Shown one piece after another: positions 35,023 through 44,649 of a stretch of DNA of 64,000 bases. The first letter of the stretch is position 1, and each line of letters begins with the position of its first letter. The stretch covers positions 1 through 64,000 of the IMG/VR virus record IMGVR_UViG_3300035034_002381. One strand, given 5' to 3'. This DNA comes from a virus (taxonomy: Duplodnaviria; Heunggongvirae; Uroviricota; Caudoviricetes). A program made the position numbers and the translations under genes. The notes beneath the pieces were generated by a model, which saw only the letters and a program-made list of their open reading frames with translations, had not been told where the DNA came from and made no database searches.

Positions 35023-35989
35023 AAAAGCAACAATTCTTCTTGGACTGCCATTAGCAGGCAAGTCGACTTATATAGGAAACAGAATAGAATATGGTGATTG
35101 GTCAGACACAGGATTAGTTTTAGTATCTGCAGATGATCTTAAAGAAAATCATGAAGATTATGATCCCGACCATGCGTATAAAATTCATGAGTGGTCAGTT
35201 AAAGAGGCCGAAAGGCAAATGAAAGAATACTCAGAATTTGGATCAAAACACATTATCATGGACGGTGGTGGCATTAACAATTCATATACTCGTAGAATTA
35301 TGTCTGATCTACGTTTAAAAGGTTATGAAATTGAACTTATACATATTAAAACGCCGCTCCAAGTTTGTCTTCTTAGAAATGAGAAGCGGGTCCGCAAAGT
35401 TCCAGTGCATGATATTGTAACAAAGGCAGCTCGAGAACGTAAACAATATGAGATACTTAAAGATGTTGTAGATAGTGTTACTATAGTTCCATATTTCACA
35501 AACAAACATATTTTTATAGATATGGATGGAGTTATTGCGGGACAGTCTGTCTTGCCAGAATTTGAAGGAAAAATAGATTTTGTTAATAGCGAAATTTTTA
35601 CTATTTTACCACCTGTTCATCAAGTTATTGATAAACTTAATAGTCTTGATTCTGAAAAACATACACTTTATATTTTATCAGCAACACCGAATTCATATTC
35701 GTATACTGAAAAACATGATTGGTTAGATAAACATTTTAACATACCAAGAGAACGCAGATTTTTTGTAAATGCTGGAAAGCATAAAGCAGAAATGTTAGAA
35801 AATCTAAGAATAAAACTCAAAACTGATAAACGTGATGTCACTCTGATTGAAGATACGCACTCGACACTTAAAGATGTTAGAGACCTTAGAATGAATCCAA
35901 TACATGTATCTGAATTTTTATCAAATGATTTTTTGCGAGATGAAGAATTATATGACTATAAATATTACGAAAACCCAAATAATAAATAA
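35015..35989 (+). CDS. P-loop nucleotide kinase fused to HAD/NT5C-like phosphatase domain (PNKP-like architecture)
   Basis: Walker A GLPLAGKST at N-terminus; C-terminal FIDMDGVIAG (DxDGV) HAD motif. Confidence 0.5.
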   Translation: MNKKATILLGLPLAGKSTYIGNRIEYGDWSDTGLVLVSADDLKENHEDYDPDHAYKIHEWSVKEAERQMKEYSEFGSKHIIMDGGGINNSYTRRIMSDLRLKGYEIELIHIKTPLQVCLLRNEKRVRKVPVHDIVTKAARERKQYEILKDVVDSVTIVPYFTNKHIFIDMDGVIAGQSVLPEFEGKIDFVNSEIFTILPPVHQVIDKLNSLDSEKHTLYILSATPNSYSYTEKHDWLDKHFNIPRERRFFVNAGKHKAEMLENLRIKLKTDKRDVTLIEDTHSTLKDVRDLRMNPIHVSEFLSNDFLRDEELYDYKYYENPNNK

Positions 35990-35995
35990 AAAGAT

Positions 35996-37714
35996 ATGAG
36001 AAAAATGAACGCTTTCTTAGCAACCGATGGTTATAAAACAGGCCATCACATAATGTATCCTGAAGGAACTATTGAGGTATATGATAATTTAACACCCCGC
36101 AGTTTTAAATACGCAATCAACAATGTCGAGTATGTTATTGCTGTGGGTCAAAAAATGGCAGTCACAGAAATCAACGATATGTTTAACGAAACATTTTTTA
36201 GACATGAAGATGTTGAAAGACTTGCCTTTCATTTATTTAGACAAGGATTACCTGAACAAAAAGCTAAAGAAACCGCAAGAAATAAAATTAAAGCCGAAGT
36301 ATGTAGTGAAATCAAAAAGGAGTTTTCGTTATATCTAGATATGAAATATGATGTTTCGCATATTGAAAGACTTTGGGATTTAGGATATCTTCCTGTAAAA
36401 ATAAAAGCTTTACCAGAAGGTGTAAAGGTCCCAATAAAGGTTCCTGTACTTACAATTGTAAATACTTTGCCAGATTTTTTCTGGTTACCTAATTTCTTGG
36501 AGACTATTATTTCTAATTTGTTATGGAAACCTATGACATCTGCAACTATTGCGTACGAGTTCAAGAAAACTTTGACTAAATGGGCAATGAAAACTGATAG
36601 CAAAAATGTTTCTATTGTAGAATTTCAGGCACATGATTTTTCAATGCGAGGAATGGATTCTATTTATGCTGCTGCTTCATCAGGTTTAGGTCATGCATCA
36701 TCATTCCTTGGAAGTGATACAATACCAGTAATTCATGCAGCAAGATATTATTATGGTGATCAAGGTCCTATTATACATTCTGTAAATGCTACAGAACACA
36801 GTGTCATGTGTGCTGGAGAAAAAGATAGTGAAATTGAAACATTCAGACGATTATTGCGTCTTTTCCCGACAGGAATCTTATCAGTAGTTTCTGATACTTG
36901 GGATTTATGGAAAGTGATAGTAAAATATCTTCCTGAATTAAAGGACGAAATTCTAAAAAGAGCAGGAAAACTGGTTATTAGACCTGACTCTGGAAATCCT
37001 GTTGATATTATTTGTGGTTTTGATCATAATAGATTTGATACACACGAAGAAGCAGAAAAATATTATAGAACTTATGGAATAAAAGATCCAAAATACTATG
37101 TAAAAAACGAATTCTTTACTGTAATTTCACATTCAGGCAACAATTTTAAATATGCAGATTTAGAAGAGACTCCTGCTGATAAAGGAGTCGTGCAATTATT
37201 ATGGGAAATCTTTGGAGGGCAAATAAATGAAGATGGATTCAAAGTTTTAAATGAACACATTGGCGCAATTTATGGTGATAGTATTAATTTCGAAAGAGCA
37301 AATCAGATTTGTGAGAGACTAGCCAGCAAAGGATTTGCGACTACAAACGTTGTACTTGGAATAGGATCCTTCACATATCAGTATAACACTCGTGATAACC
37401 ATGGATTTGCCGTTAAAGCTACTCATATAACTATTCAACATCCTGATGGAAAAATGGAAGAAAGAGACATATTCAAAGACCCACTAACATCGGTAGGTAC
37501 AAATAAAACTAGTGCTAAAGGATTTATTCAAGTACTTAAAGAAAATGGAGAGTATATTATGAGAGATCAGGTTAGTAGAGAACAAGAAGAAAATTCTTTA
37601 CTTACAATGATTTATTTAGATGGTAAAGTTCTTTCCGAAGACACACTCAAAAGTATTCGTAGAAATGTGAATAACGAATTGGCTGTTGAATTAGGATTAT
37701 ATGAAGTAGCATAA
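35996..37714 (+). CDS. nicotinamide phosphoribosyltransferase (NAMPT/NadV) homolog; could be Namat-type
   Basis: N-terminus NAFLATDGYKTGHH; VIRPDSGNPVD and IYGDSIN match NAMPT conserved segments. Confidence 0.65.
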   Translation: MRKMNAFLATDGYKTGHHIMYPEGTIEVYDNLTPRSFKYAINNVEYVIAVGQKMAVTEINDMFNETFFRHEDVERLAFHLFRQGLPEQKAKETARNKIKAEVCSEIKKEFSLYLDMKYDVSHIERLWDLGYLPVKIKALPEGVKVPIKVPVLTIVNTLPDFFWLPNFLETIISNLLWKPMTSATIAYEFKKTLTKWAMKTDSKNVSIVEFQAHDFSMRGMDSIYAAASSGLGHASSFLGSDTIPVIHAARYYYGDQGPIIHSVNATEHSVMCAGEKDSEIETFRRLLRLFPTGILSVVSDTWDLWKVIVKYLPELKDEILKRAGKLVIRPDSGNPVDIICGFDHNRFDTHEEAEKYYRTYGIKDPKYYVKNEFFTVISHSGNNFKYADLEETPADKGVVQLLWEIFGGQINEDGFKVLNEHIGAIYGDSINFERANQICERLASKGFATTNVVLGIGSFTYQYNTRDNHGFAVKATHITIQHPDGKMEERDIFKDPLTSVGTNKTSAKGFIQVLKENGEYIMRDQVSREQEENSLLTMIYLDGKVLSEDTLKSIRRNVNNELAVELGLYEVA

Positions 37715-37790
37715 TGGAACAAGTTACATAATTTTCTAAAATAAACTGATTCTATTAAAACTTTTCAAGTCTAGATTAATATAAAATATA

Positions 37791-39107
37791 ATGAAAAGAT
37801 CTGGTATTAAAGTAGCGGTATTTCCCATGGGTTCAATTATCCGATTTAGGAAAGATGGAATCAAAAGATCGTTTGGTCGTTTAGAATATTATAATTTGAT
37901 TTGGGCGTTGGCCAGAAATCCAAGTATTTCGGAAATTTGGCTTTTACAAGTTTCTGATTGGGAACAATTGACTGATGATGAAAAAATTGATTTTGATCCT
38001 AGAAAAGTTATTCGTAACATTTATGCGGAATTTAAAGTAGACAAACCTAATAGTAAAAAACAAGAATCTTACGCTGATCTTTGGAACAAAATTTCTCATC
38101 TTAAGCAACCTGATTTTGCAATTGTATTTTCTACACAAGGTCTTACTAGAATTTCTATACCAAATATTATACCTAAAGTAAAAAATCCTGAAGAAAAAGC
38201 TAAATGTTTAGAAATGACAATACGCTATTGTTCTTCACAAATGTATTATCTAAACAATTCAGAAATTCCATATTTTTTGGTAGTTAATGATGGCAGATTT
38301 TTGTATACTAATACACATACAAAATATCTGGATATGTTTAATTTACCCAAAGAAATCATGGGATTTTACAAAAATGATGATTATATACTTCATCATTATG
38401 ATAAAATGCCGGATGATGGTGGCAAAATGACTACTGATGTTGTTAAGTTATCATACAGTAAAATGATTTGGCTTAATAATATCAGTGAAAAAATCATAGA
38501 CCCTGCCAACATAGAGAAAACTGAAAAGTTTTCTATTGTAGCTATGCAGGCAGCTTATGGTAAAGATAAACATGATCCTAGATATTCTATTCTAAAGGAG
38601 TGGTTTTTAGACGTAGATGGAAATGAAGATGTTTCGATTTATGGTAAATGGGGAGAATCTTATGTTAAAGATTATCAACATTTTAAAGGCTTAAAGCCAC
38701 ATACTGAAATTGATGAAATTTTCAAGAAAACTAGGTACACATTATTGATTCCAACAGAACCTTTATGGGTAACTACGAAAATATGTGAGATGTTGAAATT
38801 GGGTGTTGTCCCGTTTTTGCATCCTAGTTATGATGAAAAAAATCTATCATTTGGAGAGGATTCATTTTTTAGAGTAAAAAATCCGGAAGATTTAAAAAAG
38901 AAGATTTCATTTTTAGAAAAAAATCCAGATAAAAGAATCAAGCTCATACAAAAGGCTCAAGAAAAATATATGGAAGGTGTCACAAACGGAACTTGTGTCG
39001 TCGACGCAATTAATCCATATCTTCAACGGGCTAATATTGATGTAGAATTGCAACATGGATTTAGTGATGAACTAATTCGTAAGCGCAAAGTTAAAAAATT
39101 ATTTTAA
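37791..39107 (+). CDS. hypothetical protein (possible GT-B-like glycosyltransferase C-terminal half)
   Basis: 438 aa; C-terminus ...EMLKLGVVPFLHP faintly GT-B like. Confidence 0.45.
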   Translation: MKRSGIKVAVFPMGSIIRFRKDGIKRSFGRLEYYNLIWALARNPSISEIWLLQVSDWEQLTDDEKIDFDPRKVIRNIYAEFKVDKPNSKKQESYADLWNKISHLKQPDFAIVFSTQGLTRISIPNIIPKVKNPEEKAKCLEMTIRYCSSQMYYLNNSEIPYFLVVNDGRFLYTNTHTKYLDMFNLPKEIMGFYKNDDYILHHYDKMPDDGGKMTTDVVKLSYSKMIWLNNISEKIIDPANIEKTEKFSIVAMQAAYGKDKHDPRYSILKEWFLDVDGNEDVSIYGKWGESYVKDYQHFKGLKPHTEIDEIFKKTRYTLLIPTEPLWVTTKICEMLKLGVVPFLHPSYDEKNLSFGEDSFFRVKNPEDLKKKISFLEKNPDKRIKLIQKAQEKYMEGVTNGTCVVDAINPYLQRANIDVELQHGFSDELIRKRKVKKLF

Positions 39108-39110
39108 ATT

Positions 39111-40319
39111 ATGAAGAATAAATTTTCTAAGGATGGACATTGGAGATTCGGTACTATAGTTCCATTAATCGGGGGAATGACCATATCCAACCAACAAGCA
39201 ACCGGAGATAATCCGGACTTTTTAATATCTTATCCAGCGTTTGCAGGCAATGATTCTCATTGTGTTAATCATTTTAAAGATACCCCATATTATGTAGTCG
39301 ACCCAGAAACTAATGAATTACCTGAAGACGATACTTTTCAAAATGTAGATTTTGTGTCTGCAGTGTGCCCATGTGCAGGACTTTCTATGTTAAATACTTC
39401 TAAGAAAAGAGGATCTGATGCAGAAATGAATAATTGGATGTATAAATCTGCAGAATTAGTTTTAGAACAAATTAAACCCAAAGTTTTTTGGGGGGAGAAT
39501 GCACCAGGTCTATATACAAAATCTGGTGAAGGTGTAGTCAAAAAATTGAGAGAAATTGCTGAAAAGAATGGTTATGTACTTTCATTAGTCAAAACTAATA
39601 CCTTTTTACATGGTATACCACAACATAGAACTAGAACTTTTTACTTTTTTTGGCAAGGTAAACATGCGCCAATACTGAATTATACCGAGCGGGATGCACC
39701 AACTCTTAAAGAATATCTAGATCAAATTCCTGAAAATGCTTCTATGCAAGATGAAAAATTCGGCTTAGAAAGTATGAATAGTCTTTGGTTTAAATTCTTA
39801 AAAGATCAAAACATAAAAATTTCAGATGTACAAAAAAGTACGTGTAAATCAATTATGGATTATTGTGTAGCCGAAAAATTGATGCCGAAAATGGTTGATT
39901 GGGGTGAAGAAAATGGATATGATAAAATGGTCAGGACTGCTAAGCATATTCTACATAAACAATCTATGGGTAAAGGTTGGTGGGACGCTACACCATTAGT
40001 ACCAACAGATACTATTAATGCGCTGATTAGTAAGAATGCTGGAATTGTCCACCCGAACGGAGAAAGACCAATTAATACCCGAGAAGCTTTATGGTTAATG
40101 GGATTACCACATGATTTTACTATGGTCGATTATGACAATAGAAAAAATAGCAATCACATTTGCCAAAACGTACCGGTAACCACTGCAAAAGACTGGACAT
40201 TCGAAGTGATGAAATTTATCAATAAAGATATTGAAAAAATTGCAACGCCGTTTCTAAAACAAAACAATATCAAACAAAGAATAGATTTACAAGAAAATAA
40301 ATCCAAAGCACTTTTTTAA
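39111..40319 (+). CDS. DNA (cytosine-5)-methyltransferase-like protein
   Basis: VPLIGGM (motif I-like), VCPCAGLS (PC catalytic motif IV), GENAPGL (ENV motif VI). Confidence 0.55.
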   Translation: MKNKFSKDGHWRFGTIVPLIGGMTISNQQATGDNPDFLISYPAFAGNDSHCVNHFKDTPYYVVDPETNELPEDDTFQNVDFVSAVCPCAGLSMLNTSKKRGSDAEMNNWMYKSAELVLEQIKPKVFWGENAPGLYTKSGEGVVKKLREIAEKNGYVLSLVKTNTFLHGIPQHRTRTFYFFWQGKHAPILNYTERDAPTLKEYLDQIPENASMQDEKFGLESMNSLWFKFLKDQNIKISDVQKSTCKSIMDYCVAEKLMPKMVDWGEENGYDKMVRTAKHILHKQSMGKGWWDATPLVPTDTINALISKNAGIVHPNGERPINTREALWLMGLPHDFTMVDYDNRKNSNHICQNVPVTTAKDWTFEVMKFINKDIEKIATPFLKQNNIKQRIDLQENKSKALF

Positions 40320-40321
40320 AT

Positions 40322-41761
40322 ATGAAACCTTTATTTGTAATAGAAGACGAAATACAAAATAAGTCTAATATATTCGAACTAATTAATCCACAAAAATTAG
40401 ATCCGAATAAAAAGACTATATTAATAATCACATACAAAAATTTTGCTGGTGATTTTGACTATATTTATGGATTTAATCACAAGATTATTGAATTATTAAA
40501 AGATCAATATAATATTGTATTTGCTGGAAAGGAAATTAAAAAGAATGTCATCGATATAGATAATTTCTATTTAATTGATATGAAAGGTTATACGAGTTTA
40601 AATCAGAATAGATTTAAGCGCAAAAAAGAAGATCCTAACAGTAACCAAATTAACAGAAATATTTTATGGGAAGAATTTGAATCTGCGTTCGGTGATTTAG
40701 AAATTGATTTAATTTTTTATGCGACACCAGAGTATGCGATTTTACCTCATGGTAAATCTTATCATAAAGATTTCAAAGAAATACAAAACGAAATTCATGA
40801 TTATGTAGGCGCAGATACTAAAAAGATTCAGCGTATTAACGAAATTATGTACGATATCTATGAAAATTATGATACCCATGCATCTATTTTAATGTTTTCT
40901 GCCTGGCATAAAAATGTCATGATGAACTTGCCGGTTTTTCTAAAAGAAAGAAATTCGTTTAAAGTCATTGCATTTTCTATTGATCCTGCAAATACTTATC
41001 GATATTTGGAACACCATGGAATAGAATGTACCAATTTTTATTTTGAAGAAGATAAACGTGGTACTCGCAATTTCGAAAAATTTCCAATAGCACATCTTCA
41101 ACATTTAATTTTTGAAAACAACGAAAATCCTACAGAAAAATATAGTTTAGAAAAAACTACAGATTTTTTCTTTATGGGAACGATTATTCAAGAAAAGGGA
41201 AGTAGAATGCAGATGTGGTATGAATTTTTATCAGATTTAAAATTAGACGATAAATCTAATTTTTGGATCCCAATTAAACATAATGGAATTTACCGAACTA
41301 AAAAACAAGAAACTAGTGGTCATACCAAAAAGGGTTTACAGATTATTGATGAAAAATTCACAGACATTAAAAATGCTATCATAAATCATCCCAATTTTTC
41401 TGGACATTTATTACCATCAGAAGTCAAAAAACATATTGTAGCTTATAAATATTCATTAGTATTGCGATGTGTTTCTATTTATGATAGTCTAAATTTTAGA
41501 CCTATTTATTATGTTTATTTAAACATTCTTCCATTTTTAGATCATATGTATGATCCAGATTATTTACAGATTCCTAAGAAATTTCAAGACAAATTAGCAG
41601 TATCTAATTCACGAGATATCGAGGATAGAATCAAATATTATAATCAAAATCCAAAAGAAAGAATTCAGTTATTAAAAGAAATGAGAGAGTTTTTTGAAAT
41701 AGACGAGTTTTTAGAAGATTGGAAAAACATAACACTAAAACATATAGATCATGCTAAATAA
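40322..41761 (+). CDS. hypothetical protein
   Basis: 479 aa. Confidence 0.5.
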   Translation: MKPLFVIEDEIQNKSNIFELINPQKLDPNKKTILIITYKNFAGDFDYIYGFNHKIIELLKDQYNIVFAGKEIKKNVIDIDNFYLIDMKGYTSLNQNRFKRKKEDPNSNQINRNILWEEFESAFGDLEIDLIFYATPEYAILPHGKSYHKDFKEIQNEIHDYVGADTKKIQRINEIMYDIYENYDTHASILMFSAWHKNVMMNLPVFLKERNSFKVIAFSIDPANTYRYLEHHGIECTNFYFEEDKRGTRNFEKFPIAHLQHLIFENNENPTEKYSLEKTTDFFFMGTIIQEKGSRMQMWYEFLSDLKLDDKSNFWIPIKHNGIYRTKKQETSGHTKKGLQIIDEKFTDIKNAIINHPNFSGHLLPSEVKKHIVAYKYSLVLRCVSIYDSLNFRPIYYVYLNILPFLDHMYDPDYLQIPKKFQDKLAVSNSRDIEDRIKYYNQNPKERIQLLKEMREFFEIDEFLEDWKNITLKHIDHAK

Positions 41762-42398
41762 GATATTTAAAAGTTTGAGTAATTCTGAAAATGAAGCATT
41801 ATGTGTACAAAGAACTAATCTTTTATTCGAAGCATTAGATATTATAGAAAAACATAATGGGAAAGCTTGGTTAGATTGTGGTACTTTGTTAGGTGCGTAT
41901 AGAGATGGTGAATATATTCCATGGGACGTCGATGTAGATTTAGGAATTAATATCGAGGATGTTACTGAGGAAATGCTAAATGATTTCAGAGATAAATATA
42001 ATATACGACACGATAATGGAAACTTAGATCAATACAAATTTTGCTCATTTTATAAGAGAGATGAAAATGGTGATAATTACAAATTTAGAAGATGTAATTT
42101 ATGGATTGATTTACATATGTACTATCCAAATTATGATGGTACAAGAACTATGACAATTACTACAGGAAAAATTAGAGCACCTAAAAAAATCTTTCCAGCA
42201 CCTGCTGAATGTATCGAGAATTTAGAACAAATTGAATGGCAAGGTAGAAAAGTAAATATTCCTAGTAAAACTGTAAAATATTTAGAACAATGGTATGGAT
42301 ATGATTGGGACGTACCTAACGATAAATGGAAAATGTCTCCGAGTTGGTACGATAATCCAACAAATGACAAAATTATTCAAGGTAAAACCCTCTTTTAA
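41751..42398 (+). CDS. LicD-family phosphotransferase (CDP-alcohol phospho-group transferase, fukutin-like)
   Basis: LDCGTLLGAYRDGEYIPWDVDVDLGI matches LicD signature. Confidence 0.6.
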   Translation: MLNKIFKSLSNSENEALCVQRTNLLFEALDIIEKHNGKAWLDCGTLLGAYRDGEYIPWDVDVDLGINIEDVTEEMLNDFRDKYNIRHDNGNLDQYKFCSFYKRDENGDNYKFRRCNLWIDLHMYYPNYDGTRTMTITTGKIRAPKKIFPAPAECIENLEQIEWQGRKVNIPSKTVKYLEQWYGYDWDVPNDKWKMSPSWYDNPTNDKIIQGKTLF

Positions 42399-42416
42399 AC
42401 AAAATAAACAAAACAA

Positions 42417-43178
42417 ATGCATATATTAAATGAATATTTTGACAAGATTTATATTACCAACCTCGACTCGGCCAAAGATAGATATGAAAGATTATCTAAA
42501 GAACTGGATTCATTTGGCGTTGTTTATGAAAGATTCAAAGCATTGACTCCAGATGATGCAAGAAAGGTATTTGCTGAAAAAGGCCTAAAGATTCCTAAAA
42601 GTAATAGTGGAGCTCTTGGTTGCGCAACTTCACATTATATATGCTGTCAACAGGCTGCGAAAAATGGACTTAAAAGAATTTTGATTCTTGAAGATGATGC
42701 AAGAATAACCGATATAGATTTTAATCAAGAGACTCAAAATTTAGTTGAACAAATAAGAAAAACCGACTGGTTTTATCTAAAGCTTGGTTATAATATCACT
42801 AACCAGATGTTAGACGAAAATTTTGAGTTTCATAGAGTTTCAGAAAATTTGTTTAATCTTTCAAAAAGTTCTATGACCACCGCTATAGCTTTCAATATCG
42901 AAAAAATCGTAGAGGATGAGAATGCTTCCACAGTTTTTATTTCTGATCACGCATTAGAAAATAGTAAATTGAATATTCATATTGACCATAGATTGTTTAT
43001 GATGTGTAACGAATTCGGAATTCTACAATGCCATTATTATCCAGCAATATTTACTCAGACTGATGGGTATTCATACATAGGAAAAGAAGAAAGGAAATTC
43101 TCTAATATTGATAAAAGAACAAACAGAATATTCAAAGAGCATATACAATCTTCTAGCTCAACAAAAAAATTATTTTAA
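42417..43178 (+). CDS. family 25 glycosyltransferase-like (Lic2B/LgtB type)
   Basis: KIYITNLDSAKDRYERL..., GALGCATSHY, ILILEDDARI. Confidence 0.5.
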   Translation: MHILNEYFDKIYITNLDSAKDRYERLSKELDSFGVVYERFKALTPDDARKVFAEKGLKIPKSNSGALGCATSHYICCQQAAKNGLKRILILEDDARITDIDFNQETQNLVEQIRKTDWFYLKLGYNITNQMLDENFEFHRVSENLFNLSKSSMTTAIAFNIEKIVEDENASTVFISDHALENSKLNIHIDHRLFMMCNEFGILQCHYYPAIFTQTDGYSYIGKEERKFSNIDKRTNRIFKEHIQSSSSTKKLF

Positions 43179-43196
43179 ACAAAGAAAATAGAAAAT

Positions 43197-43976
43197 ATGG
43201 AATTTTTAAATATACTACAATCGGAATTACAATCGGGATTTATTTACATACCTAATAGAGGCAATGCTGGGGATGTTGTCATTCAACAATCTACTATTAA
43301 ATTTTTTGAAAAAAATAATCTAAACTTCGAATTAGGAAAAAACACTACAACTTATGTTGGGGAAAATCTAGTTTATGGTGGGGGTGGAAATTTGATTGGA
43401 AAATACCAACCGGCTAAAAAATTCATAAAATTAAATGCGGAAAAAAATCATATAATGATATTACCGCATACAATTAAGAACAGCGAAAAGTCTTTAAATA
43501 TGCTGAATAAGGATTCTATTGTTTTTTGCAGAGAAAGAATATCTCATGAATATGTTAGTAAATTTATTGAAAAATGTTATTTACATAAAGATATGGCTTT
43601 TCATCTAGATTTAGAATCTTATAAAAAGGAATCTAAATATGAAGTAGGAAATATATTTAGAATGGATGTCGAATCTTCTAATAACGTTAAAAAAATTCCA
43701 TCTAATAATGTGGATATATCCAGTGTTTTTAATCGTAGAAATCAGCATACAAATTTAGAAGTAGCTCAAGCTGTATTTGATGATTTTGTTAATTATATAG
43801 CAGATTTCGAAATTGTAAACACAGATAGATTACATATTGCAATTATTGCTGCAATATTGGGAAAAAATGTTAATCTTTATCCTAACTCATATTATAAAAA
43901 TAAAGCCGTATATGACTATACATTATCGTTAGAATATCCCAACGTCAATTTTATCGATGAAGTAAAATATAGATGA
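43197..43976 (+). CDS. polysaccharide pyruvyl-transferase-like protein
   Basis: IPNRGNAGDVVI resembles the GxxNxGDxxI pyruvyl-transferase motif. Confidence 0.4.
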   Translation: MEFLNILQSELQSGFIYIPNRGNAGDVVIQQSTIKFFEKNNLNFELGKNTTTYVGENLVYGGGGNLIGKYQPAKKFIKLNAEKNHIMILPHTIKNSEKSLNMLNKDSIVFCRERISHEYVSKFIEKCYLHKDMAFHLDLESYKKESKYEVGNIFRMDVESSNNVKKIPSNNVDISSVFNRRNQHTNLEVAQAVFDDFVNYIADFEIVNTDRLHIAIIAAILGKNVNLYPNSYYKNKAVYDYTLSLEYPNVNFIDEVKYR

Positions 43977-44030
43977 TGCATTTTAAAACTTTTTATTAAT
44001 GTATTAATATAAACTTTAATATACTTTTTT

Positions 44031-44603
44031 ATGAAAACAATTATTATTGAAGGATGTGATAGAGTAGGAAAAGATACAGTTTGTAATGGAATAAAACTGA
44101 CTGCGGACTGTTTACTTTATCGACATTGGCTTAAACCTAAAGGTCAAACTAATGATGAAAGAGTTAATTATCAAAAGACAACATTTAAAAAGGAATTTGA
44201 TTTACGTAAATCTTTTTTGGATGATTGGTATCTTAATGATAATGATAAAAATTCTGATTTAATTCTTTGGAACAGAAGTCATATTGGAGAATATGTTTAT
44301 GGAAAACTATATCGAGACTATGATCCAAATTGGATTTATAATCTGGAAAATCTTTATAATTTTTCTGATAATAACATTTATTTGGTAATGTTATATGCAG
44401 ATCCAGATTTTTTGTGTGAGAATGATGATGGACATTCATTCAGTTCTGATATTGAAGGTAAAACGCAAGAAATCAATTTATTCCACGAAGCAGTGGATAA
44501 AAGTCTAATACCAAATAAAATAAAAATAAAAGTAAATGACGGAAAACGTTACCGAGACAGAAAAGAAATTAGAAAAGAAATTTTTGATCGAATCTTCAAT
44601 TAA
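44031..44603 (+). CDS. dNMP kinase (thymidylate-kinase-like P-loop)
   Basis: IIIEGCDRVGKDT Walker A at N-terminus; 190 aa. Confidence 0.55.
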   Translation: MKTIIIEGCDRVGKDTVCNGIKLTADCLLYRHWLKPKGQTNDERVNYQKTTFKKEFDLRKSFLDDWYLNDNDKNSDLILWNRSHIGEYVYGKLYRDYDPNWIYNLENLYNFSDNNIYLVMLYADPDFLCENDDGHSFSSDIEGKTQEINLFHEAVDKSLIPNKIKIKVNDGKRYRDRKEIRKEIFDRIFN

Positions 44604-44649
44604 TCAAAGATTCCAAGAACTTATTGAGCAGATTGAGATATCTGCAGAA

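Noticed and set aside
37791-39107. RNA ligase call for the 438-aa ORF based on RKDG near N-terminus
   Set aside because: The sequence is R-K-D-G, not the K-x-D-G-x-R nucleotidyltransferase motif I; no other ligase motifs recognised.
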